Origin: Bacteroidales bacterium
GTDB taxonomy: Bacteria > Bacteroidota > Bacteroidia > Bacteroidales > F082
NCBI GenBank assembly: GCA_045612025.1
Contig: JAZKYG010000020.1
Span: 1 to 60,399 of the forward strand
Reading direction: 5' to 3'
Length of the DNA stretch: 60,399 nt
In this document: positions 16,913 to 26,819 of the stretch, in pieces
How the letters are laid out: each line of letters begins with the position of its first letter
How positions within the stretch are numbered: the stretch's first letter is position 1
Program-made: the position numbers and the translations under genes
Notes under the pieces: generated by a model
Told to the model about the DNA's origin: nothing
Database searches by the model: none
What the model saw: the letters and a program-made list of their open reading frames with translations, nothing else

Positions 16913-19210
16913 ATGAATATCAAGAAATATATAACTCTATTTTGCTTAATATTTTTTAGCATTATATCATACGCACAAAAAACCATTCATGAATGGACTA
17001 CTCACGTCCCTGGTTCTAAAGTCATTAACGTTGAGAAAGTCAATGATATAATATATGCCGCAACGCCATACGAGATTTTCTATTACAACACTGGCGACAA
17101 CTCCATAAACAAACTCACTAAAGTCAACGGCTTATCCGATTTCGGCATCAACGTGATGCGCTATAATCCTCATACTGATATGATTTTCATTGGATATTCC
17201 AACGCAAACATCGACATCATCGATAAAGACGGAAACATCATTAACATCAGTGATATCAAAAATAAAAATATCTTAGTTGACAAAAACATCAATGACGTCT
17301 ATTTCATTGAAGACAAAGCCTATCTCAGCTGCGGCTTCGGCATCGTACTTGTCGACCTTAACAGAATGGAGATAAAAGAGACTTACATTATCGGCGGGAA
17401 CGGTTCTTATCTAAATATCAACGACATAACTTTATATAACGGCAAATTATATGCTGCAACAAGCAATGGCATCTATTATGCCGACTACGACAATGACAAC
17501 CTCGTAGATTTTTCTCAATGGACACACGACAAGACCGTCATCCATAAAAACTTAAATTATTCTGAAATTGAGACCTTTAACAATCTATTGATTACAAACT
17601 ACTCAAGAAACGAATACAACACCGACACATTATTCGTATATGATGGAGAGAAATGGGATTATCACCAATACTCACCGCCTTCTATAAAAAGAAGCATCAG
17701 AGCATATGATGACAGACTTGTGCTTTCCAACAACTACTCAATCGTCGCGTTGGATGTAAACAACGATTTAATTGCACAATCATATAACAGCAACATCGAG
17801 CCTTTCGACTGTATCTATGATGAAAGCGACGATGCATATTGGATTGCAAACAAAACCAACAGCATATACAAACTAATCCCTACAGTTTCTTGCAATCCTA
17901 TAATTTTCAACGGACCATACAGCAATTACGTCTTTGAATTAAAGGCAAGCGGCGATCAGTTGTGGGTTGCACCTGGAGGATATTCCAGCGTATGGGCTAA
18001 GAACTGGATGAAAGATGGCGTGTTTTATTATGTAAATAACAAATGGCATAATATAAATCGCACTAATACAGAAGCCTTTGACACTATATCAGATATCGTT
18101 TCCATCGCCATAGATCCTATAAACAACTCAAAAGTATATGTCGGTTCATTCCACAAAGGCATACTTGAATTCGAGGATTTTGAGTTAAAAAACATTTACG
18201 ATACAAAGAACAGCAGCCTTGGAGAATTGAGCGGCTACGGTTACGTATATATCACCGGCATGGACTTCGACAGCAAGAACAACTTATGGATTGCAAACAG
18301 CAGCACCGAAAACATGCTGTCGGTCAAGACAACCAAAAACGAATGGTACTCATTTAACATAGGTTCTACCAACGTCAGCAAGATATTGGTTGACAACAAC
18401 AATTACAAATGGATTTTAAATCGTGATGGAAATCTGATCGTTTACAACGACAAAAACACTATTTCTAATTCCTACGATGACGAATACAAAATCATCAGCA
18501 CTACAAAAGGACAAGGCGGACTTCCAGAAGCTGCAAACTGCATGGCAATAGATAAAGACGGAACCGTATGGATTGGCACTAACGATGGTCTGGCACAGTT
18601 CTACTCAACATCAAAGATATTCAGACAAGGCACAAACTACGACGCATCAAGAATACTAGTTCCAAGAAACGATGGCTCCGGACAAGCCGACTATCTTCTC
18701 TCAGGAGAATCTGTACTTTCAATTTGCGTTGATGACGCCAATAACTTATGGGTTGGAACAAGAAACGGCGCTTTCTATATCTCCAACAACGGACTCACTG
18801 AATATCACCATTTCACACAAGACAACAGCCCTTTGCTCTCAAATACCATCAACGACATTGCTATCAACAAAGACGGCGACATTTTCTTTGGCACCGACAA
18901 AGGCATCATCTCGTTAAGAGGCAGAGCCACAGAGGGCAAGACAACGAACTCCGATGTGATAGTATATCCAAATCCTGTAAGACAAAATTATTCTGGTCTT
19001 GTCGGTATCAAGAACCTTGTCGCCAACTCATTGGTAAAGATTACTACCGTTGACGGTTCTTTCGTGACGCACCTCCGCTCTGAAGGAGGACAGGCCGTTT
19101 GGGATTGCACTACCATCAATGGCGATAAAGTCGCACCTGGCATATATCTCATCTTCGTCACTGACGAAAACGGCAAAGAGACATTCGCTACAAAAATACT
19201 TATAATGTAA
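16913..19210 (+). CDS. Double beta-propeller protein with a T9SS C-terminal domain; PorZ-like
   Basis: A signal peptide, repeated Reg_prop-like blades (NGLSD..., WIGT.DGL, WVGTRNG), and the C-terminal sorting domain VYPNPV...GIYLIFV. The PorZ identification is tentative. Confidence 0.75.
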   Translation: MNIKKYITLFCLIFFSIISYAQKTIHEWTTHVPGSKVINVEKVNDIIYAATPYEIFYYNTGDNSINKLTKVNGLSDFGINVMRYNPHTDMIFIGYSNANIDIIDKDGNIINISDIKNKNILVDKNINDVYFIEDKAYLSCGFGIVLVDLNRMEIKETYIIGGNGSYLNINDITLYNGKLYAATSNGIYYADYDNDNLVDFSQWTHDKTVIHKNLNYSEIETFNNLLITNYSRNEYNTDTLFVYDGEKWDYHQYSPPSIKRSIRAYDDRLVLSNNYSIVALDVNNDLIAQSYNSNIEPFDCIYDESDDAYWIANKTNSIYKLIPTVSCNPIIFNGPYSNYVFELKASGDQLWVAPGGYSSVWAKNWMKDGVFYYVNNKWHNINRTNTEAFDTISDIVSIAIDPINNSKVYVGSFHKGILEFEDFELKNIYDTKNSSLGELSGYGYVYITGMDFDSKNNLWIANSSTENMLSVKTTKNEWYSFNIGSTNVSKILVDNNNYKWILNRDGNLIVYNDKNTISNSYDDEYKIISTTKGQGGLPEAANCMAIDKDGTVWIGTNDGLAQFYSTSKIFRQGTNYDASRILVPRNDGSGQADYLLSGESVLSICVDDANNLWVGTRNGAFYISNNGLTEYHHFTQDNSPLLSNTINDIAINKDGDIFFGTDKGIISLRGRATEGKTTNSDVIVYPNPVRQNYSGLVGIKNLVANSLVKITTVDGSFVTHLRSEGGQAVWDCTTINGDKVAPGIYLIFVTDENGKETFATKILIM

Positions 19211-19944
19211 TGGCGAAAACAACAAGCAAAACGAGAGCCATTGTACTTCAATCCATAAAATATGGAGATAGCAGCCTTGTTGTCAAGATGTTGACAGAAG
19301 AGCTAGGCATTCAGTCGTATATGGTGAAAGGAGTCTTCGGCAAGAAGTCGAAGATGAAAGCTGCTCTTTTTCAGAATATGACATTACTTGAGATTGTGGC
19401 TGACACCAGCAGTAACAGCCTCGGTTTTATCAGAGAGATATCCTTATCACATTATTACCAAAGCATCGCCACCGACATAAAGAAGTCGACCATCATAATA
19501 TTCGTCAGCGAGTTATTATCCAAAGCCATCAGCGAAAGTGAGAGTGATACGGAACTCTTCAATTTCATTTACGACTCTATGTTATGGCTCGATGAAGCCA
19601 CTTCTGATTACGCAAACTTTCCTATAGCCTTCGCACTGAGGTTAAGCAGATACTTAGGATTCTTTCCTAACATCAACACTTATACAGATGGTTCCTGTTT
19701 TGATTTGTTAGACGGAAATTTCAAGATGACGCAGAACGACATCCATCAGATCGATGAAGAAATAAGCAGACATTTCTATGAACTCTGCAAAGCGTCAATG
19801 AAATCCCACCAACAGAATTTGGCAATCAACAATAACATCCGACGTAAATTATTGGACGCTATTGTAACGTATTACAAGTTCCATGCTGACAACGTTAAAG
19901 ATATCAAATCGTATGAGATTTTAAGGACACTCCTTGATGCATAG
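19210..19944 (+). CDS. recO: DNA repair protein RecO
   Basis: The N-terminal OB fold TRAIVLQSIKYGDSSLVVKMLTEELGIQSYMVKG. Its ATG overlaps the upstream stop (TAATG). Confidence 0.85.
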   Translation: MAKTTSKTRAIVLQSIKYGDSSLVVKMLTEELGIQSYMVKGVFGKKSKMKAALFQNMTLLEIVADTSSNSLGFIREISLSHYYQSIATDIKKSTIIIFVSELLSKAISESESDTELFNFIYDSMLWLDEATSDYANFPIAFALRLSRYLGFFPNINTYTDGSCFDLLDGNFKMTQNDIHQIDEEISRHFYELCKASMKSHQQNLAINNNIRRKLLDAIVTYYKFHADNVKDIKSYEILRTLLDA

Positions 19945-19955
19945 TTTTTTAGGGA

Positions 19956-19988
19956 CTCAGAAATTCAGAATCTCAGAATCTCAAAAAT
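19956..19988. repeat. 8-nt period TCAGAAWT/TCTCAGAA array
   Basis: CTCAGAAATTCAGAATCTCAGAATCTCAAAAAT belongs to the same family as 6233..6315 and 41397..41466. Confidence 0.8.
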
Positions 19989-20048
19989 AATTCGTGGACA
20001 AAAAACACTAAAAATTTAGTGTCTATTAGCATTCATTCGTGGATAAAA

Positions 20049-20078
20049 AAAGACGCCATTTTAAAATGACGTCTTTTT
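20049..20078. terminator. Bidirectional hairpin between recO and rluB
   Basis: AAAGACGCCATTTTAAAATGACGTCTTTTT. The stem sequence is shared with 35306..35327. Confidence 0.55.
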
Positions 20079-20087
20079 CATAAGATT

Positions 20088-21338
20088 TTATTTTATTCTT
20101 TTAAGGATACTGATTTCTGATGGTGTGAGGAATCTCCAGTGACCACGTGGGAGGTTTTGTTTTGTGAGTCCAGCGAACATCACTCTATCAAGTTTCACCA
20201 CTTCGTATCCGAGGCTTTCGAAGATACGACGGACGATATGGTTACGACCTGAGTGGATTTCAATACCTACTTCACGTTTTGTTGGATCATCAACAACCCA
20301 GTCAATAGCATCTACTTCAATAGGGCCATCTTCAAGGACAAGACCTTCTCTGATCTTCATCAAGTCGTTTTTAGTGAGAGGCTTATCGAGTGTTGCATGA
20401 TAAAGTTTCTTCACTTCGTGACTTGGATGTGTGAGAGTCTTAGCGAGGTCACCATCATTTGTAAGGAGAAGGAGACCTATTGTATTTCTATCTAAACGAC
20501 CGACAGGATAGATGCGTTCTTGGCAAGCGCCTTCTACGAGTTCCATAACAGTGTGACGTTCGTATGGATCGTCAGATGTTGTGATAACGCCTTTAGGTTT
20601 GTTAAGGAGCACATAGCGAAGTTTTTCGCGGTTAAGAGTTTCGCCACCGTAAACAACCTTGTCGGTAGTATTGACTTTTGTACCCAATTCTGTTACGACT
20701 ACACCGTTTACTGATACTGCGCCAGCGAGGATGAGGTCATCAGCTTCACGACGTGAGCAGATGCCAGAGTCGGCGAGGTATTTGTTAAGACGGATCTGTC
20801 CAGTTGCTCTTGGTCTGTCGTAGAGTGGATCTTTTTCTCTTCTTTTGAAGCCACCGCCACCACGACGTTCTGTACCTTTTTGTTCAAATCCTTTACGTTC
20901 TGGTCTGTCATCGCGACGACCTTTGTTTTCGAAGCTGCGCTCGTTACGAGCTGCGCCTCTAGCGTTACGGCGGTTGCCGTATTGATTGTCATTGTCACGA
21001 CCTTCGCCGAATCCTCTCTTAGGACGGTCTTCACCAAATCCTCTCTTAGGACGACGTTCGTCTTGACCTCTGAAGCTGCGATTCTCATCGCGTTCATCTC
21101 TTCTTTCTCTAACAGGTCTGTCGCCAAATTTCTTGCCTCTGCCACCGAAGCCTGACTCTTTTCTGTCGTCATCTCTTCTTGGTCTGAAACTCTTTCTTGG
21201 TCTTTCATTATCGCCATCGCGGCGAGAAGCCTGTTCTCTTTCGAACTGCTCTAATCTTTCTTCACTGAATCTGCGTACACCGGCAGTCTTTCTTGTGGCA
21301 ATGCGAGTGCGTTTGCCCTTGTTACCTTCGTTGTTCAT
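20088..21338 (-). CDS. rluB: Pseudouridine synthase (RluB/RsuA family) with a long Arg/Gly/Asp-rich N-terminal tail
   Basis: S4 domain IRLNKYLADSGICSRREADDLI and catalytic PVGRLDRNTIGLLLLTNDG. I chose ATG 21338 (MNNEGNKGKRTR) because a TATCTTTG box lies upstream of it. Confidence 0.9.
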   Translation of the reverse strand: MNNEGNKGKRTRIATRKTAGVRRFSEERLEQFEREQASRRDGDNERPRKSFRPRRDDDRKESGFGGRGKKFGDRPVRERRDERDENRSFRGQDERRPKRGFGEDRPKRGFGEGRDNDNQYGNRRNARGAARNERSFENKGRRDDRPERKGFEQKGTERRGGGGFKRREKDPLYDRPRATGQIRLNKYLADSGICSRREADDLILAGAVSVNGVVVTELGTKVNTTDKVVYGGETLNREKLRYVLLNKPKGVITTSDDPYERHTVMELVEGACQERIYPVGRLDRNTIGLLLLTNDGDLAKTLTHPSHEVKKLYHATLDKPLTKNDLMKIREGLVLEDGPIEVDAIDWVVDDPTKREVGIEIHSGRNHIVRRIFESLGYEVVKLDRVMFAGLTKQNLPRGHWRFLTPSEISILKRIK

Positions 21339-21497
21339 GTTAATGTGAAAAATTGTATTTTTTGAGTCGGCAAAGATACGAATTATTTTTGAACCTTTAA
21401 CGATGAAACCTTGACTACAAAAGTTTTTTTTAAACCCACATAATTTCCTCATCAATGGTCAATAACCAAAGTATGGTCAATAGTCAGAATCAAAGAA

Positions 21498-23444
21498 TCA
21501 CTTTGCTATAACTATACCTAATTCTTGATTGATTTTAATTCTCAAATCGTCAAGTTTTTTCTTCTTGATCAGAAGAGCGAATTGATCTTCAACATTCTGA
21601 GTCTCCATGATTTGTCGCGTCAGTTCGTTTCTCTTTTCATCAAGCACCATATCTTTAAATCTCAACACAGATGTCACAACCAATTTTGACAAGACATCTT
21701 CTTCTGTCTTTACCTTTATTTCTTTTCTATTCCAGTCATCGAGTTTATATGGAGAACTTAACAATGTCGCTGCGAGTTCTGATATCTTTGAGTTTTCATG
21801 CGACACAAAATACTGATCTTTAGGAAGAACATCTTCATCCAAGGCTCTGTCAAAAATATCGAAAATCATTCTATGTGTCTCATCCTTAAACAACAGATCA
21901 TCATTTTTCAAGTCATCGACAATCAATGATGCCACACTGACCTTATATACCATTGGGTTATTGTTCTCATCAAAACCATCTATGTCGACTACTGTATCTC
22001 CATACATCAGCAGAAGTTTCACTAGTTCCTGTTCCTGATAGAATCCGACTGGAGTAGTGTTGACATTCAGGATTTGAGGTTCAGCTTTTACCTCTTCTAT
22101 AATTACATCTTGTTCTCCCTGTATAGGATTATTCTTTCTTATCTTCGCACGAAGCTGTTTGTTAAGCTCGTTCATCAAAGATTGCTCCGACATATCCATC
22201 AGACGACTACACTCTTTGATATATGTAGCACGATAGATAGCGTCAGGAATCACAGATATAGTATTGACAATATCTTTTACAACCTCCGCCTTTTTTATAG
22301 GATTATTTACAGCATCTTTAAGCAGAAGCTGTGTCTTGAAACTTATAAAGTCTTTCGCATTATTCTCTATATAAGTTCTAACCTCTTCAATAGGATGATG
22401 TTGTACGAATGAATCAGGATCTTCATCAGGTGGCAGCAACACTATTCTGACATTCATTCCCTCTTCAAGAATCATGTCTGTTCCACGTAAGGCAGCATGA
22501 ATGCCAGCATTGTCACCATCATATAGTATTGTGATATTCTTAGTATAACGACTGATAAGGCGTATCTGTTCAACTGTCAGTGATGTTCCTGAACTTGCCA
22601 CAGTATTCTCAATACCCGCTTGGTGCATACTCAAAACATCGGCATAACCCTCTACTAATATACACTCATCAAGACGACTTATCTCATTCTTGGCAAAGTA
22701 GATACCATAAAGAGTTTGACTCTTGTTATAAATTTCAGATTCTGGTGAGTTAAGATACTTTGCCTTTGTCTTATCGCCACTGAGAATACGAGCTCCGAAA
22801 CCAATTACTTTTCCTGTAAGGTTATGTATTGGGAATATGACACGACCTTGATATTTGTCATACATCCTTTCCTCATTGCCAGAAGCAAGACCTATCTTTA
22901 GAAGCAGATCTTTAGAATAACCATTTTTTATGGCATATTGTATAAAGGCATCGCGCTGATTGAGGCAGTAACCAAGTTGAAACTTCTCTATAATCGCATC
23001 ACGGAATCCACGTTCTCTGAAGTATGACATACCAACGGCTTGGCCTTCATCATCATTTTTCATTGTATTCGAGAAATACTGCTGAGCGAATGTATTGATA
23101 TTAAACATCTTCTCTCGCTCATTCTGGGCCATCAGTTCTTCTGGAGTCTGTTCTTTTTCTTCTATTACGATACCATATTTATTAGCCAGATAGCGCAATG
23201 CTTCCGGATATGAGTAATGCTCATGCTCCATGATAAAGCGGACGGAATCACCGGCTTTACCGCAGCCGAAACATTTGAAGATTCCTTTAGCCGGCGACAC
23301 AATAAACGATGGCGTCTTCTCCTTATGAAAAGGGCAAACACCAATAAGGTTAGCGCCTCTTTTTTTAAGGCTGACAAAATCAGAGACAACTTCTTCTATA
23401 CGAACCGTGTCTATGATGCTCATTATTGTATCTTGTGGTATCAT
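21498..23444 (-). CDS. dnaG: DNA primase
   Basis: Zinc finger CPFHKEKTPSF...CFGCG and the TOPRIM motif LVEGYADV...YDGDNAG. Confidence 0.95.
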   Translation of the reverse strand: MIPQDTIMSIIDTVRIEEVVSDFVSLKKRGANLIGVCPFHKEKTPSFIVSPAKGIFKCFGCGKAGDSVRFIMEHEHYSYPEALRYLANKYGIVIEEKEQTPEELMAQNEREKMFNINTFAQQYFSNTMKNDDEGQAVGMSYFRERGFRDAIIEKFQLGYCLNQRDAFIQYAIKNGYSKDLLLKIGLASGNEERMYDKYQGRVIFPIHNLTGKVIGFGARILSGDKTKAKYLNSPESEIYNKSQTLYGIYFAKNEISRLDECILVEGYADVLSMHQAGIENTVASSGTSLTVEQIRLISRYTKNITILYDGDNAGIHAALRGTDMILEEGMNVRIVLLPPDEDPDSFVQHHPIEEVRTYIENNAKDFISFKTQLLLKDAVNNPIKKAEVVKDIVNTISVIPDAIYRATYIKECSRLMDMSEQSLMNELNKQLRAKIRKNNPIQGEQDVIIEEVKAEPQILNVNTTPVGFYQEQELVKLLLMYGDTVVDIDGFDENNNPMVYKVSVASLIVDDLKNDDLLFKDETHRMIFDIFDRALDEDVLPKDQYFVSHENSKISELAATLLSSPYKLDDWNRKEIKVKTEEDVLSKLVVTSVLRFKDMVLDEKRNELTRQIMETQNVEDQFALLIKKKKLDDLRIKINQELGIVIAK

Positions 23445-23467
23445 CGAAAACTATTTAATTATAAAAA

Positions 23468-24061
23468 TCAGAAACAGATGCCTAAACGAATACTGAAGCT
23501 CAAAGCTATGTTAGCATTCTCTGTATTGAAATAATGCCACAGTTCAAAACCATGGTGGTAATATGTCTCAGCAGGAGTACCCGCAGCATAACCGCCGCCT
23601 ACCCAAAAATCAGCCAAGAAACGCTTATGTACATACTGATAACCGAATGTTCCAAGAAAAGCGGTGTTATTAGCAAGAGTTCGAGCTCCGTCTATACTGC
23701 TATTGTAATAGTAATGTGAATACACTATTTCAGGTCTCATATAAAATCCCATCAAAGATTGTTTTTGGTTGTCTTTAAGGAAGAACTTATGACCATAACG
23801 CATCGTATAGCCTTTAGGATCATTTTGATATTTATCACGACCTGCGCCTATGACACTGGCACACCACTCGCCACTCTGACGTATATTAGGAAAGGATCTT
23901 TCATACGAAAGTTTAGTACTGCCCGAAATCCATGACAAAAATGTTATCTTAAATGAGTTGCGATAATCCTTTTGAGAATACGGAACAGGAGGCTGATTGG
24001 CCTGTAACATATTGCTTGTCATAAACAACAATAACATAATGAAACACACTTTCCTTTTCAT
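23468..24061 (-). CDS. Hypothetical outer-membrane beta-barrel-like protein
   Basis: A signal peptide (MKRKVCFIMLLLFMTSNMLQA), an alternating aromatic/Gly-rich composition, and a C-terminal Phe. Confidence 0.6.
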   Translation of the reverse strand: MKRKVCFIMLLLFMTSNMLQANQPPVPYSQKDYRNSFKITFLSWISGSTKLSYERSFPNIRQSGEWCASVIGAGRDKYQNDPKGYTMRYGHKFFLKDNQKQSLMGFYMRPEIVYSHYYYNSSIDGARTLANNTAFLGTFGYQYVHKRFLADFWVGGGYAAGTPAETYYHHGFELWHYFNTENANIALSFSIRLGICF

Positions 24062-24521
24062 ACTAAACACATTATTTTGTTATACATCACTAAACGAAAC
24101 GAATAGGCAATAGTATAAATTTTAAACAAAAGACAAAATTAACATTTTTTACAATTGTTTAAAAAACATCGGCAGATAATTCTAGAATAAAGAATATGTA
24201 GAAATATTAGATATGTTGTAAAAAACCCCTCACTTGAATCGAGTCAAGTGATGACCTTATATTTTTTTCCTCGTTTTTAATATGAAAATACCACTTTTCG
24301 CTCAAGGAGAAGTAAATCCTACTTCTAAAAAGATACTCAAGCATCTATTTCGAAGCAACTCCAATATAAAATCATTCGGGGTGTTTTATAGTTGCAAAAA
24401 TACAATTAGTTTTAGATAATCAAATAAAAAAATTACATTTCTTAAAAATTATATCACATTCACATTTCCTCTTTCTTCTTTTATATCAATATACTACGAG
24501 ATTTATCTACAATAACACATC

Positions 24522-25442
24522 TTATTTATCCAACAAATATTTCTCTACATTTCTGACAACGATGCCGAGTCTCAAATCAAATGCCTCTTCTGTCGCGAAG
24601 CCGATATGTGGCAAAAGCATTGTGTTTGGCGCCGACAACAAAGGGTTGTCTTCTGCAATAGGATGTTCCGTATCATACACGTCTATGGCTGCACCCGCCA
24701 CCTTTCCCTTTTTCAAAGCATCTGCAAGATCATCTGCATTCACTACAGGACCTCTTGCTGCATTTATGATTATCGCTGATTCCTTCATCAGACCTATTTC
24801 CTTGGCAGTAACGAAATCACGAGTTTCGTTGTTAAGCGCTATATGCAATGTCACTATATCTGATTCTTTAAACAACGTTTCTTTATCAACCAAAGTAACG
24901 CCCTCTACATCTTTAGATGTCCTATTCCATGCAATCACCTTGCATCCAAATGCCTGCGCCAATTTCGCCGTTCTCTGGCCTATCGCACCAAGACCGACTA
25001 CACCCACTGTTTTACCAGCGATTTCTCTACCTGGAGACATTGGTATTCCTTTACGACTTCTTGTTATCTTATCATTCTCTATAACGTGACGATATAATCC
25101 TATCATCATACATATCGCTTCTTCCGCTACAGCTTCTGTAGAATATCCCGCCGCATTATTAACTAATATTCCCCTCCTTTCACATTCTTCCAAATCAATA
25201 TGGTCCAAACCAGTAAATGCTATAGACAACATTTTAACATTAGGACACGCGTCAAAGAAGTCCTTGCGTAATGGCATATTGCTTTCAACAACGATGTCTG
25301 CATCCTTTGCTCTTTCTATATTTTTCTCAGGACATCTGTCGCCATATATCACAACTTCATGACCTTGTCTTCTTAAATTATCGCATTCGCATTCTATCTT
25401 TTCAACAGAAAGTCCTAATGGTTCCAAAAACACTATCTTCAT
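24522..25442 (-). CDS. D-isomer-specific 2-hydroxyacid dehydrogenase family protein
   Basis: NAD fold GKTVGVVGLGAIGQRTAKLA, followed by INAARG and PH(I/V)G motifs. Confidence 0.85.
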   Translation of the reverse strand: MKIVFLEPLGLSVEKIECECDNLRRQGHEVVIYGDRCPEKNIERAKDADIVVESNMPLRKDFFDACPNVKMLSIAFTGLDHIDLEECERRGILVNNAAGYSTEAVAEEAICMMIGLYRHVIENDKITRSRKGIPMSPGREIAGKTVGVVGLGAIGQRTAKLAQAFGCKVIAWNRTSKDVEGVTLVDKETLFKESDIVTLHIALNNETRDFVTAKEIGLMKESAIIINAARGPVVNADDLADALKKGKVAGAAIDVYDTEHPIAEDNPLLSAPNTMLLPHIGFATEEAFDLRLGIVVRNVEKYLLDK

Positions 25443-25612
25443 AACTATAAATTTTAACCTTTAAGTTTACAAAGGTAATGTTTTTTTACCATCGGCATAA
25501 GATGCCTCTTTAAAAATAAGCACTCAAAAAAAACACTCACAATAAAGAGGCCTTACACCTACAAAAAACCAAATTTTATGAATATAACTTAATAGAAGTT
25601 CTTTCTGAAAAA

Positions 25613-25975
25613 CTACGAGTCAACAGATTGATCTTGCTCATCATTACTTGAATGATCTATCAACAAGAACTCATTCATAGTAATCTCTGTAAAGTAATTC
25701 TTTTTGCCATCTTTCTCATAGACTCTTGTCTTCAGCCGACCTTCGAGCGCGATTCGCCTGCCTTTCTTGATATACTTCTCAGCCTGCTCAGCAGTCTTTC
25801 CCCACGCCACTATGTTATGCCAAGACGTAGTTCGTTCCAACTCATGATTCTCATTATATGTATAATCATTCGTCGCTAAAGAAAATCTGACATTCTTGCG
25901 ATTTCCTACATTCTTCACCTCAGGATCCATCCCTGGACGTCCTATCAGTTGAACTGAATTTTCCAAAGTTCCCAT
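25613..25975 (-). CDS. ssb: Single-stranded DNA-binding protein
   Basis: OB fold NSVQLIGRPGMDPEV...RFSLATN...TSWHNIVAWGKTAE...GRRIALEGRL. I chose ATG 25975, which lies downstream of a TATCTTTG box. Confidence 0.8.
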   Translation of the reverse strand: MGTLENSVQLIGRPGMDPEVKNVGNRKNVRFSLATNDYTYNENHELERTTSWHNIVAWGKTAEQAEKYIKKGRRIALEGRLKTRVYEKDGKKNYFTEITMNEFLLIDHSSNDEQDQSVDS

Positions 25976-26161
25976 ATCTTTTAATTTATCGGTTTTACAA
26001 TGCAAAGATATTATGGGAGCTAATGATTAGTCGTATGAAAAACGGATAACTTTTTTATCGCTCGCAACTAACTGTAAATTAAAAATTTACATACATACGA
26101 TGTCAAATCGAAATCTTATATTTTATTAACATTTGAATTCAAATGCGTGACCTACAGGCAT

Positions 26162-26728
26162 TTAGTTAACGAATGACACGGAAAGCCATATATCACCTAT
26201 TTTATACGAATCCACTGTTACATTATTATTGAGAACATTCTTGATGTCTTTCGTTATCCCGCTGCCAAGCATCTTAAACGCTGCTTCTTTACGAGTCCAC
26301 AACTTGTAAAAGTCATCCGCTTGATTATCACTATTATGCAACAGCGTCAACTCTTCCTCATTGCAGACATAAGCAGCCAGACTTTCTTTATATTCTCTTA
26401 TTTCTTCAACATCGACACCAACTTCCTTACGCGAAAGGACACAGCATACTGCATTCTTACAATGACTGAAATTAAAATGCCAGTCGGGATAATTCTTCAA
26501 ATATGGTTTATTATGTTCGCCATAACAAAACTCTGGCATCTCTTTAAAAACGCCCTCCTCACGCAGGGCATGTATCAATAACAAATATGCCAATGCACAT
26601 TGTATCTTTCCTTTTAAAAATTTATAATTCAACATCTTATCCTTTCTCCATTTTGGAAAGAATGACAAGCATGTCTCGACAAGACTTTCATCGAAAGCAT
26701 CAATTCCGTTGATAAAATAAATTTTCAT
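26162..26728 (-). CDS. 4'-phosphopantetheinyl transferase (Sfp type)
   Basis: FNFSH, GVDVEEI and WTRKEAAFK motifs. Confidence 0.85.
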   Translation of the reverse strand: MKIYFINGIDAFDESLVETCLSFFPKWRKDKMLNYKFLKGKIQCALAYLLLIHALREEGVFKEMPEFCYGEHNKPYLKNYPDWHFNFSHCKNAVCCVLSRKEVGVDVEEIREYKESLAAYVCNEEELTLLHNSDNQADDFYKLWTRKEAAFKMLGSGITKDIKNVLNNNVTVDSYKIGDIWLSVSFVN

Positions 26729-26732
26729 ATTG

Positions 26733-26740
26733 CAAAGATA
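26733..26740 (-). promoter_or_regulatory. -7 box TATCTTTG (minus strand)
   Basis: It ends 4 nt before ATG 26728, which implies a leaderless or near-leaderless transcript. Confidence 0.45.
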
Positions 26741-26819
26741 TGCTTTTTTGATTGTCAACAAAACAACTGCTCTCGAACAATTATTAACATTTTTTTGTTA
26801 GGTCAAAAAAACAACAACT

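Noticed and set aside
19989-20047. The direct repeat TTCGTGGA(C/T)AAAAAA occurs twice, 47 nt apart, downstream of recO.
   Set aside because: There are only two short copies in an A-rich spacer. They could be chance or part of the terminator region, and I cannot assign a function from sequence alone.
20708-21217. A 169-aa same-strand alternative-frame ORF and a 91-aa antisense ORF within the rluB tail region.
   Set aside because: They are generated by the low-complexity purine-rich repeat coding for the RG/DE tail. Only the rluB frame continues into recognisable S4 and pseudouridine synthase domains.
24562-25089. Long antisense shadow ORFs inside well-supported genes: 24562..25089 (175 aa), 51047..51601 (184 aa), 11751..12239 (162 aa), 35526..35972, 14649..15101, 56485..56934, 8852..9217 and 41774..42145.
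   Set aside because: Each lies wholly opposite a gene with clear family motifs. None has recognisable motifs or promoter context. This is typical of stop-codon-poor antisense frames.
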